From positions 1 through 41,053 of the IMG/VR virus record IMGVR_UViG_3300019874_000010: 41,053 nt of DNA; one strand, 5' to 3'. Shown piece after piece: positions 27,002 through 34,313 of this stretch. Positions within the stretch are counted from its first letter, which is position 1. Each line of letters starts with the position of its first letter. The notes below the pieces were generated by a model. The model did not search any database, was not told the origin of the DNA, and was given only the letters and a program-made list of their open reading frames with translations. This DNA is from a virus. Its lineage: Duplodnaviria > Caudoviricetes. The position numbers and the translations under genes were made by a program.

Positions 27002-27571
27002 TTATTTATCTAAATTCTTGTCAGCGTGTGAATGTTTTAACATAGCCATTAAATGATTAGCCTGTGTTTTAGCATCAGCTAGTCCGTTATGATGTGGCTC
27101 TACTCTTACCAACTTAGCTTTATTGCCAAATAAATGCTTCACAGTTCTATAACACATATCGCCTTTATAATTCCACGGAATACGCTGTTTAAATGTCTTT
27201 AAATAACTTTGTAAACAAACATTATCATATGTAGAGCCGTTTCCCCATACATTTATATTCCTACCATTATCTACATAGGCGTTAAAATAGTCTTTGATTT
27301 GACTACAAGCTTCTTTATTAGTAGTCTTAATATCGTTATTTTGCCACACTTTTCTAGCTTCAGTAGATTGAGCTGTCCACCATACCATTGTACTAAGGCT
27401 CCATGTTCTTCCTAAAGATAGCTGTTCTTGTAGTGCTTCTTGTGATAGTTCTATGTACAATTCTTCTCCTAACACTTGTTTACGTACATCGAAATAAACA
27501 GCGCCTATTGATATAATAGTGGCAGTTGTACAGCTATTCAAACATTCTAAGTCTAACATTATATTATTCAT
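27002..27571 (-). CDS. 3'-5' DEDD exonuclease (DUF5051 / Exo VIII N-terminal-like)
   Basis: IMLDLE, ISIGAV, WW, VWGNGSTYD, CYRT and HNGLADA..QA motifs. Confidence 0.85.
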   Translation of the reverse strand: MNNIMLDLECLNSCTTATIISIGAVYFDVRKQVLGEELYIELSQEALQEQLSLGRTWSLSTMVWWTAQSTEARKVWQNNDIKTTNKEACSQIKDYFNAYVDNGRNINVWGNGSTYDNVCLQSYLKTFKQRIPWNYKGDMCYRTVKHLFGNKAKLVRVEPHHNGLADAKTQANHLMAMLKHSHADKNLDK

Positions 27572-27791
27572 CTTCCACACCTTCTTTGTTGTTAACGAGC
27601 GTCCAGGGTGCTATTAGCTTTCCGTTAATAGCTGCTAAATAACCACCACTATCTAGTTCTACAACACCTATCCTAATTCCTGATCCATCATTACTATAAA
27701 ACTTTATCACGCCGCGTTTAATGAGGTTAGGGTTGCAAATAATATCCCCATCTTGTACCAATTCCTTATTTCCAATTGCTGTATAATCCAC
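27564..27791 (-). CDS. Hypothetical protein
   Basis: ORF tightly packed between dut and the exonuclease. Confidence 0.55.
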   Translation of the reverse strand: MDYTAIGNKELVQDGDIICNPNLIKRGVIKFYSNDGSGIRIGVVELDSGGYLAAINGKLIAPWTLVNNKEGVEDE

Positions 27792-27793
27792 GA

Positions 27794-28249
27794 TTATTCT
27801 CCCGTGCTACCAAACCCACCAAAGCCACGTACAGTTGTTTCATTGAATTCCTCCACTAGCTCAAACGAGGGTTTAAATATAGGCATAAATATTAGTTGCG
27901 CTATTCTATCACCTTTATGTACGTGTAGATGAACATCTTCATTTCTATTCCACATATTTAACACTATCTCTCCTTGATAATCTTCATCTATAATACCAAG
28001 AGTGTTTGCTAAAACTAATCCAGCACTACCCCACCCGCTTCTAGGTGTTATAATCCCCACATAATTATCTGGTAACCAATAGTCAGATCCTATATGTACA
28101 GCAATACCTGTACGTACAGCGAAGATATTCCCAGGTGTTATAGTAAAGTCGGATGTGCTTCTTAAATCTAACCCAGCGCTGCCAGTTGTAGCGTATCTAG
28201 GCAATTTGTATTCTTTATAAAATTCTTTGTTTAGTATTTTAATTTCCAT
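27794..28249 (-). CDS. dut: Trimeric dUTPase
   Basis: All five motifs: SAGLDL, PRSG, GIIDEDYQGE, GDRIAQL, RGFGGFGSTG. Confidence 0.97.
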   Translation of the reverse strand: MEIKILNKEFYKEYKLPRYATTGSAGLDLRSTSDFTITPGNIFAVRTGIAVHIGSDYWLPDNYVGIITPRSGWGSAGLVLANTLGIIDEDYQGEIVLNMWNRNEDVHLHVHKGDRIAQLIFMPIFKPSFELVEEFNETTVRGFGGFGSTGE

Positions 28250-28269
28250 AACACTCCTATCGCATTTGG

Positions 28270-28731
28270 TTACAACCCCACACTGTTAATGCTTCCACCA
28301 CAACTACTATCCATACTACATGCATGTTCAACAGCTTGTACAGCATTCAAACTGAATGACATCGCACTTAATGCATAATTAGAGCCGCTTCCCTCTGCCA
28401 ACTTAGTATCTCTACAAAATTCCATTAAATAAGCACTATTCTGGGTGATTATATAAGCTTTATTAACACCTATAATGAGTCCGGCTACGTCTAATTCGGG
28501 ATTTCTGACGATTTCTTTAAACATTATACCAGCGTTTAAGTTAAGCCATACCAAATATTCTTGTATACAGCTGACATCACCACACACTCCTGCGTAAAGT
28601 AACCTATCGTTATTATAACTAAGTGAGTTTAACTCAAATAACTTAATCACATCGTCGTTATATATGGATGTTCCTTCAGTCATACGCCCGTCAGCAGCCA
28701 ATGTCTTTCCGTCCCAAGCAATCACTGTCAT
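28270..28731 (-). CDS. HslV / proteasome-beta-like Ntn-hydrolase peptidase
   Basis: Start MTVIAWDGKTLAADGR (N-terminal Thr after Met removal), K at DVIKL, GSG..YAL.AM and AVEHA..D..CGG. Confidence 0.75.
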   Translation of the reverse strand: MTVIAWDGKTLAADGRMTEGTSIYNDDVIKLFELNSLSYNNDRLLYAGVCGDVSCIQEYLVWLNLNAGIMFKEIVRNPELDVAGLIIGVNKAYIITQNSAYLMEFCRDTKLAEGSGSNYALSAMSFSLNAVQAVEHACSMDSSCGGSINSVGL

Positions 28732-28745
28732 AATCCCTCCACGCA

Positions 28746-29012
28746 CTAATGCGTTGTATTATCTTGTTTTAATTTCGTAACTCTATCTATGTACCTGGCA
28801 TCTTCTACAGCTCTAGATTTAATTTCTCTATGTACCTTTCCGTAATCACATAAAGCTTTTAAAAAATCATAATAATCATATTTATTTGTATCAACCAGTT
28901 CATTATAACTATATTCCGAAATGGCTACTTCTAACGGTTGTGTGTTAGTAATAGAATTAGTTGTATGAATAACACCTGTTATATTATTCACCCATAGTGT
29001 AATTAACATCAC
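28746..29012 (-). CDS. Hypothetical protein
   Basis: Overlap-coupled ORF with GGAGG RBS. Confidence 0.55.
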   Translation of the reverse strand: MMLITLWVNNITGVIHTTNSITNTQPLEVAISEYSYNELVDTNKYDYYDFLKALCDYGKVHREIKSRAVEDARYIDRVTKLKQDNTTH

Positions 29013-29206
29013 CCCTCCGTTATAGTTATGTAGTTACTTGCCTCAATTATACGGTTTAATAAATCCTTTATAATAGGATCTTCAGCTGCTTCTACTAAGC
29101 GTTTTATTAATAAATAAGCATCATTCAATCTATCATCCACATAATCTAACTTATCTTTAAGAGTTAAATTCTCTTCTACAAGTTTTAAAATATACTTATC
29201 TTGCAT
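29009..29206 (-). CDS. Hypothetical coiled-coil protein
   Basis: 65-aa ORF coupled to the next gene. Confidence 0.55.
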   Translation of the reverse strand: MQDKYILKLVEENLTLKDKLDYVDDRLNDAYLLIKRLVEAAEDPIIKDLLNRIIEASNYITITEG

Positions 29207-29295
29207 AAATCACCGTTTTAACAGTAAAAAACTTAGTTTTATCACGTTTTTAGCACTAATTACCCTAAAAACACTTTATTTTGCCGTTTAAGCGG

Positions 29296-29361
29296 CTATT
29301 TCGAGCATATAAATGATGTAACAGCATAAATCACACATGCCGACACTATAATAGTTGTCAT
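29296..29361 (-). CDS. 21-aa hydrophobic peptide (not in the ORF track)
   Basis: MTTIIVSACVIYAVTSFICSK after a strong AGGAGGAG RBS. Confidence 0.45.
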   Translation of the reverse strand: MTTIIVSACVIYAVTSFICSK

Positions 29362-29377
29362 AACTCCTCCTATACTG

Positions 29378-29539
29378 CTATTTCGGACAAATTTGTCCGT
29401 TTTTAGTCATTTCCTTTAACACTTCGTTTCTTAATGTAGTGATTTCAAACCACCATAAATCATCCATAACGTCATACTTATCTATAATATCCTGTATTGC
29501 TTGTAGATGTTTTAGTATTTCTGGTAATTTATCCATCAT
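29378..29539 (-). CDS. Small hypothetical protein (53 aa, not in the ORF track)
   Basis: TAAGGAAG RBS; MMDKLPEILKHLQ... Confidence 0.5.
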   Translation of the reverse strand: MMDKLPEILKHLQAIQDIIDKYDVMDDLWWFEITTLRNEVLKEMTKNGQICPK

Positions 29540-29545
29540 TCTTCC

Positions 29546-29734
29546 TTAGTGTAACACTTTACCTGAGCCGTTACAAACACTACATGTGAGTAGAATAACC
29601 CGCTGTTCATCCGACCTGTCTATAAACTGTGTAGGGGAACTAATAGCACCTGTTCCGCTACATTTACCACACACCGGACTTGGTACTAATCTGTCTAGTT
29701 TTGACATCATTGCTTCATAGTATTCAGAGCTCAT
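29546..29734 (-). CDS. Small zinc-finger protein (DnaJ-type CxxCxGxG, two copies)
   Basis: CGKCSGTG and CSVCNGSG; AAGGAG RBS. Confidence 0.65.
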   Translation of the reverse strand: MSSEYYEAMMSKLDRLVPSPVCGKCSGTGAISSPTQFIDRSDEQRVILLTCSVCNGSGKVLH

Positions 29735-29746
29735 TATGTTCTCCTT

Positions 29747-29911
29747 TTATTTAGAAAGGGTCATTGCGAATACATCTTGGAATTCTCTAATCACCCATTC
29801 TCCGCCAAAAGTAGCTGTTAATGCTTTTTGGGCTTTCTCAGCTTGTTCCCTTGTTTCAAATATTTTATTAGGTATATTTAGCTGAGCTGTTGGTTTCACT
29901 TGGTAAATCAT
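29747..29911 (-). CDS. Small hypothetical protein (54 aa, not in the ORF track)
   Basis: AGGAG RBS; MIYQVKP...IFETREQAEKA. Confidence 0.55.
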   Translation of the reverse strand: MIYQVKPTAQLNIPNKIFETREQAEKAQKALTATFGGEWVIREFQDVFAMTLSK

Positions 29912-29935
29912 TATCATCTCCTAATGTATCTCTCT

Positions 29936-29977
29936 TACTTTAACTATAGCATAAATATAAGAAACGTGTGTAAAGAA
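29936..29977 (-). promoter_or_regulatory. Repeated phage promoter element, copy B (20-bp spacer)
   Basis: TTCTTTACACACGTTTCTTATATTTATGCTATAGTTAAAGTA; 34/42 identical to 24521-24562. Confidence 0.7.
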
Positions 29978-29986
29978 TAAGTAAAG

Positions 29987-30259
29987 TCACTCAATAAATT
30001 CATAATGTTCTAACTTACCAGTTATTTTTATATAGTCTCCACCACCATCTATAGAAATTCCGCAACCTATCACCTCATCAAATGCAACAGCTGCTATATG
30101 CGCTGTTATGTTTGTGCCTATAGACAAAAACTCGTCTAGTATAGCCTGGAATTGCATTGCCTGTTGTAGGTGTTGGGTACGGCAAATACAACTAACAAAA
30201 TCATGCCTGTAAACACTTTCTATAATTGTGTTACAATTCTTGCATTTGGCTTTAGACAT
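29987..30259 (-). CDS. Conserved phage Cys-rich hypothetical protein
   Basis: AKCKNC..IIES..RHDF.SC.C ... IDGG.DY pattern with an insertion. Confidence 0.6.
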   Translation of the reverse strand: MSKAKCKNCNTIIESVYRHDFVSCICRTQHLQQAMQFQAILDEFLSIGTNITAHIAAVAFDEVIGCGISIDGGGDYIKITGKLEHYEFIE

Positions 30260-30545
30260 TATTAATTCTCTCTTCTACTAGTAATGCTCTTAAGGCCATC
30301 CAATCTAGTGTTTCGGCTTTTAGTTTCTTACCTATTCTGTATACATTATGTATTATAGTAGAGTTATCACGTTTAAATCTATAGCCTAATTCACTAAAAC
30401 TTAGTGTTGAGTATTTTTTACAAAAGAACATAGCTACGGCTCTGGCAGCTGCTACATTTTTACTTCTGTTATGAGTCATTATACATCCGGCGGGCATATT
30501 AAATACAGATTCGGATATCCCTATTATTTCGTCTAATGTAGGCAT
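30252..30545 (-). CDS. Stand-alone DnaA C-terminal (domain IV) HTH protein
   Basis: RSKNVAAARAVAMFF.K..STLSFSELG..F.RDNSTIIH parallels DnaA R...VA.PRQ.AMYL.....SL..IG..F..RDHTTV.H; start 30545 after GAGGAG. Confidence 0.8.
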   Translation of the reverse strand: MPTLDEIIGISESVFNMPAGCIMTHNRSKNVAAARAVAMFFCKKYSTLSFSELGYRFKRDNSTIIHNVYRIGKKLKAETLDWMALRALLVEERINNV

Positions 30546-30727
30546 TACACTTGCTCCTCTAATTTCATTACACGTATAAAACGGTCCCAAGCGTCTGGTG
30601 GCATGCTAGGTAGTTTTCTGTCTATGAATCCAACACCGGTGGATCTATAAAAAGGAGCCCAAAAACTGTCGAAAGCATCTAACACTTGATCATTAGCAAA
30701 TTGTGTACCATTAGCGTTAGTATACAT
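30545..30727 (-). CDS. Hypothetical protein
   Basis: TAATG-coupled ORF with GAGGAGG RBS. Confidence 0.55.
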   Translation of the reverse strand: MYTNANGTQFANDQVLDAFDSFWAPFYRSTGVGFIDRKLPSMPPDAWDRFIRVMKLEEQV

Positions 30728-31095
30728 TAGTCATCCTCCTCTTGCATACCTATTTCTAACAAGTAGTGTTGCATGAATTGTATCAATCCTAACAATTCAA
30801 ACTTCGAACATTGACCCATTAGAGCCATAAAACTGTCTTCTTCTCCATATAAACAGCCCACCACCACAACTCTAGGCTTAACTTTCTTAAATTCTCCTAG
30901 GTTTGCTATGTGTTGTTTTATCAGGCTTTCGTATGTATCCTCGTCTATATTGTCGTTAACAATCTTAGTTAGTGTTCTTATATTATCTGTCATTTCTTCT
31001 ATTCTCCTTGTTGTTGACCATTTTGTTGACGCCAACAAATTCGTGAGCCTATTTAATACCCAGCGCTTCTCGGGCCAATTTAACCGCTTCGTCAT
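30727..31095 (-). CDS. Hypothetical protein
   Basis: ORF on the coding strand; the true start may be internal (MTDNIR). Confidence 0.5.
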   Translation of the reverse strand: MTKRLNWPEKRWVLNRLTNLLASTKWSTTRRIEEMTDNIRTLTKIVNDNIDEDTYESLIKQHIANLGEFKKVKPRVVVVGCLYGEEDSFMALMGQCSKFELLGLIQFMQHYLLEIGMQEEDD

Positions 31096-31384
31096 AATTA
31101 TGAGCAGCTATAGTCACTATCACCACCCCATTTCGAAAACGGTGTATATCAGTAGGTTTTATAGCATTATGTGTGTCCATACTAACTCCGGAATAATTAC
31201 AATCTTTATCAAACACGACCGAGTAAGGCATACGCTCTTCTAATCCGTCCTCATACACCTCTAACTTTAGGTTATCAAACCCTTTTTTATTATTCTTTAC
31301 AAACTCTCGTGCCCATTTCTTATCTGTCGCGGCACGAATAATTCTGTAGTCGTCGTAACTACCTGCTGTAATTATGTAAATCAC
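31049..31384 (-). CDS. Hypothetical phage protein
   Basis: IYIITAGSYDDYRI..A..DK..A pattern; AAGGAGG RBS. Confidence 0.6.
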   Translation of the reverse strand: MIYIITAGSYDDYRIIRAATDKKWAREFVKNNKKGFDNLKLEVYEDGLEERMPYSVVFDKDCNYSGVSMDTHNAIKPTDIHRFRNGVVIVTIAAHNYDEAVKLAREALGIK

Positions 31385-31385
31385 A

Positions 31386-32123
31386 CTACCTCCTTATTAC
31401 ATTGCTTTTCTCTTTTTTACCGTCTCGGAACCGTCCTTTACACGATTTACACTTGTAGCGTTGGTATTTACCTGTAGCCGTATACGCCCAACCCTTCTTA
31501 ATAACATCCGATGATCCGCATTTATTACAATTATCCCCATACTCTGTCCCTATATTGTAATTGTAGCCTAAATCAATATGAGGTGCAAGTTTATCAAACA
31601 CTTTTTCTAGTAATACAACATCATATTTGTTATATACCAGCATTTCATCTACTGCGTTACGCTCTCCACGTAAGCATCTTAACCATAATTCATCGTTTGT
31701 GTCTATCTTTCCACCTAGGCCTAATGCTTTAGCTACGTAATCTAATTTATTAGCAGAGAAAGCAAAATGTTTCTTACATTGTATTAGTGTGTCCGTTTCA
31801 CGGGGTTTAGATATAGGAGGTAGGTTGTTTAACACTACTCTTGCGTTTATCTTCTTGTAATCAAACTTCTTACCGTTATGATATACAAGTTCATCAGCTT
31901 GGTTAATAACAGAAGACAATTTGGTCACTATCTTCTTATCATTTTTGCTATACGTGTATGCAGAATGAATCTCATCCTCTCCTTGCCATTTCCAAGCAGC
32001 GCATATAATGTGCCAATCTTCTAATATGTTGCTAGGAGGAATATAGTTTTGATAAAGTGAGAACGTCGCTACTTGCATTTTAGACGTCTCTATGTCGACA
32101 AAAAGCCTTTTAACTTTAGTCAT
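31386..32123 (-). CDS. RNase H-fold 3'-5' exonuclease with C-terminal zinc ribbon
   Basis: FVDIET, YHNGKKFD, DTL, NKLDYVA..LG, YNKYDV and CNKCGS...RYKCKSC motifs. Confidence 0.85.
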   Translation of the reverse strand: MTKVKRLFVDIETSKMQVATFSLYQNYIPPSNILEDWHIICAAWKWQGEDEIHSAYTYSKNDKKIVTKLSSVINQADELVYHNGKKFDYKKINARVVLNNLPPISKPRETDTLIQCKKHFAFSANKLDYVAKALGLGGKIDTNDELWLRCLRGERNAVDEMLVYNKYDVVLLEKVFDKLAPHIDLGYNYNIGTEYGDNCNKCGSSDVIKKGWAYTATGKYQRYKCKSCKGRFRDGKKEKSNVIRR

Positions 32124-32124
32124 T

Positions 32125-32253
32125 TTATTTCCTATGTTTAGCAGCCTCTATAGCTCTTAATTGTGCAATAGCTTTCTCTTTAGTATTATGGGTTCCTATT
32201 TTACTACCGTTTACATCGTAAACCACATACTGATCATTTTCTTTCTTAATCAT
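32125..32253 (-). CDS. Small basic hypothetical protein
   Basis: MIKKENDQYVVY...GTH.TKEKA.AQLRAIE; start at 32253. Confidence 0.55.
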   Translation of the reverse strand: MIKKENDQYVVYDVNGSKIGTHNTKEKAIAQLRAIEAAKHRK

Positions 32254-32527
32254 ACGATTTCCCCATTTTAAGAGTAAATATGCTACTATTAGCATTGTGC
32301 ACAATATCAAACTTAAAACCTCTGTCGATTAGATATCCTAAATCACGTACGTCACCTGAACCAGTTTGGTCTATCTCAAAGTATACGGGCCTCAATCCTC
32401 CTGCCCCTTCGTCGAAATAAGCGACAGCTATGTGGTCTATGTAGATAAAAACTTGCTCGTGCTGGTCAAATCCTAATGATGGAACTACACTTGAGTCAAT
32501 GTCACCTGGCCGTTTAAAATTAATCAT
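32246..32527 (-). CDS. Hypothetical protein
   Basis: ATGA-coupled ORF. Confidence 0.55.
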   Translation of the reverse strand: MINFKRPGDIDSSVVPSLGFDQHEQVFIYIDHIAVAYFDEGAGGLRPVYFEIDQTGSGDVRDLGYLIDRGFKFDIVHNANSSIFTLKMGKSYD

Positions 32528-32931
32528 GATTTATCCTTTCTATGTGTAATTTTTTGATGGCACGCCACACATAAGAAACGGAATCCGTGGCGATTACAAA
32601 ACATACGTTTAATAAATTTAATCTCTTCGTCTTTATTAATGGAACCGCAAGGCGTTATATGATCCACCTCTCCCTTATTACGGGGAAATAATTCTTTGCA
32701 TATTTGACAAGGGTAGACATGTTTTATACGTTTGTTAGATCCTATATAAGGCTGTTTAATACTATTAAGATATATATGTTTCTCAGCCCAATGTATCGAT
32801 AGACGTCTTAATAAGCCGCGTAATCTACTATAATACTTCTTATCTTCTTTTGGACAAGGACTATAACGCATCAATGCCTGTATCAATAAATCTAGTGCTT
32901 CTTGTATATCCTTCTTAGTAGTCATAAACAC
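32524..32931 (-). CDS. HNH endonuclease
   Basis: YPCQIC...EVDHITP...LCVACHQKIT. Confidence 0.85.
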   Translation of the reverse strand: MFMTTKKDIQEALDLLIQALMRYSPCPKEDKKYYSRLRGLLRRLSIHWAEKHIYLNSIKQPYIGSNKRIKHVYPCQICKELFPRNKGEVDHITPCGSINKDEEIKFIKRMFCNRHGFRFLCVACHQKITHRKDKS

Positions 32932-33035
32932 CTGCTAATGATAGTGCTGTTGGTAGTACGCCACACATAAAAACTAAAGACGTTACAAAGAATATAGTTG
33001 CCCCTAGTGCGAAAACAACACTTAAAAATAAAGCT

Positions 33036-33791
33036 TTACATTTTAGGCGAGTAGTCATTTTTTAGTTTCCAATATTCAACTAATAAACAGAACATTTTAC
33101 GATATTTTTCATGTTCTTTATGTTCCACGAACACACATTCCCCTTTAGAATGCTCGTTGACTGATATAAAACAATTAAACATTCTAGTGTTTTTAGGTAG
33201 ATCAAGACCTACCATGTACCCACTAAGCTGCAACTTATGTTCTTCGTATTGTATCACTTTGTTAAGGTCTTCTACATCTTTAGTTTTATAGTCAATAACC
33301 ACCCATTCATTACTGTTATTAACTCCGTGTAAGTCTACACTACCACCAAAACCTAATGGGTGAGCAAATGTCTTCTCTACTTGCCATTTATAATCTGGAA
33401 ACAGGTGGTGTATTTTACCTATAGCAGTAGATGTGTATTCCTCTTGCTGTACTACACCCTCACCGAAATAAGATTCCATCCAACTATGTACTTTGTTTCC
33501 CATTTCAGCGGCTTTGTTCCGATGTTCATCCGACTTGCTAGCAATTAACGCACACCATTCATCTTTATTAGACATTTCAGGATGAAATGGATTATTTATA
33601 GCTGCCTCTAGAATTTGCTTTCTGAAATACCCTATTAAAGCGTCTTTACTTAGTAAAGACAATATTGTAGTGGCACTAGGAAACAAGTTAAGTTTCCTAG
33701 CGTCTCGTAAACTAGTGCTACGTGTCTTTTTGTTGGACCCTACAACTGTGTGACACGGAACACCTTCGTACGTATAATAATGCATTACCAA
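33036..33791 (-). CDS. PD-(D/E)XK exonuclease
   Basis: PSATTIL, G..VH, VE, GFGGSVDL, VIDYKT and QLSGY motifs. Confidence 0.85.
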   Translation of the reverse strand: MVMHYYTYEGVPCHTVVGSNKKTRSTSLRDARKLNLFPSATTILSLLSKDALIGYFRKQILEAAINNPFHPEMSNKDEWCALIASKSDEHRNKAAEMGNKVHSWMESYFGEGVVQQEEYTSTAIGKIHHLFPDYKWQVEKTFAHPLGFGGSVDLHGVNNSNEWVVIDYKTKDVEDLNKVIQYEEHKLQLSGYMVGLDLPKNTRMFNCFISVNEHSKGECVFVEHKEHEKYRKMFCLLVEYWKLKNDYSPKM

Positions 33792-34312
33792 GCCTCATCG
33801 TCTGTTGTTGTGTCGTCTGGCATAGCTTTAGACATTTTCTCTGTTTCTCCACTAGCCACTAGCGCCCGTATGTCATCACCCATCATAATAAACTCAATAG
33901 CTCTTTCTTTGTATTCCTTAGTGGATTTACCAGTACCTAAACTATTAACAGCATTAGTGATGCTATTACCTATCTGTTGTCCTAAATTGTCGTAGCCAGA
34001 GGGCTTTGCGCCTGTAGCCGCTGGCGGATTTAATGTAGTGCGTACACTTTCAGGAGGCGATGCTTTAAGATCTGCATTAGCCCATATAAGATTGGCATAT
34101 TTACCATTCTTTTCATACATTATCTGTAATGAGTCACCAGCCTTAGCGTTCTTAAGAGTTTTAATTGTATCATCATCTAGTTTATTTGTAAAATTAGTTA
34201 TATGCCACACTTCCCCTTCAGATTTATCACATGTATATGCTAAATCTAACACAGTGCCCTTACCTCTTTTGATTGGTTTAACTTTATCAGCCACTTCTAT
34301 TATAAATGACAT
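33785..34312 (-). CDS. Putative single-stranded DNA-binding protein
   Basis: OB-like N-terminal half, acidic tail with terminal aromatic (DDTTTDDEAW); between the polymerase and exonuclease. Confidence 0.5.
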   Translation of the reverse strand: MSFIIEVADKVKPIKRGKGTVLDLAYTCDKSEGEVWHITNFTNKLDDDTIKTLKNAKAGDSLQIMYEKNGKYANLIWANADLKASPPESVRTTLNPPAATGAKPSGYDNLGQQIGNSITNAVNSLGTGKSTKEYKERAIEFIMMGDDIRALVASGETEKMSKAMPDDTTTDDEAW

Positions 34313-34313
34313 A

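Noticed and set aside
33036-33791. Cas4 or a CRISPR system
   Set aside because: No four-Cys cluster pattern, no other cas genes and no repeat-spacer array seen; an ordinary phage PD-(D/E)XK exonuclease.
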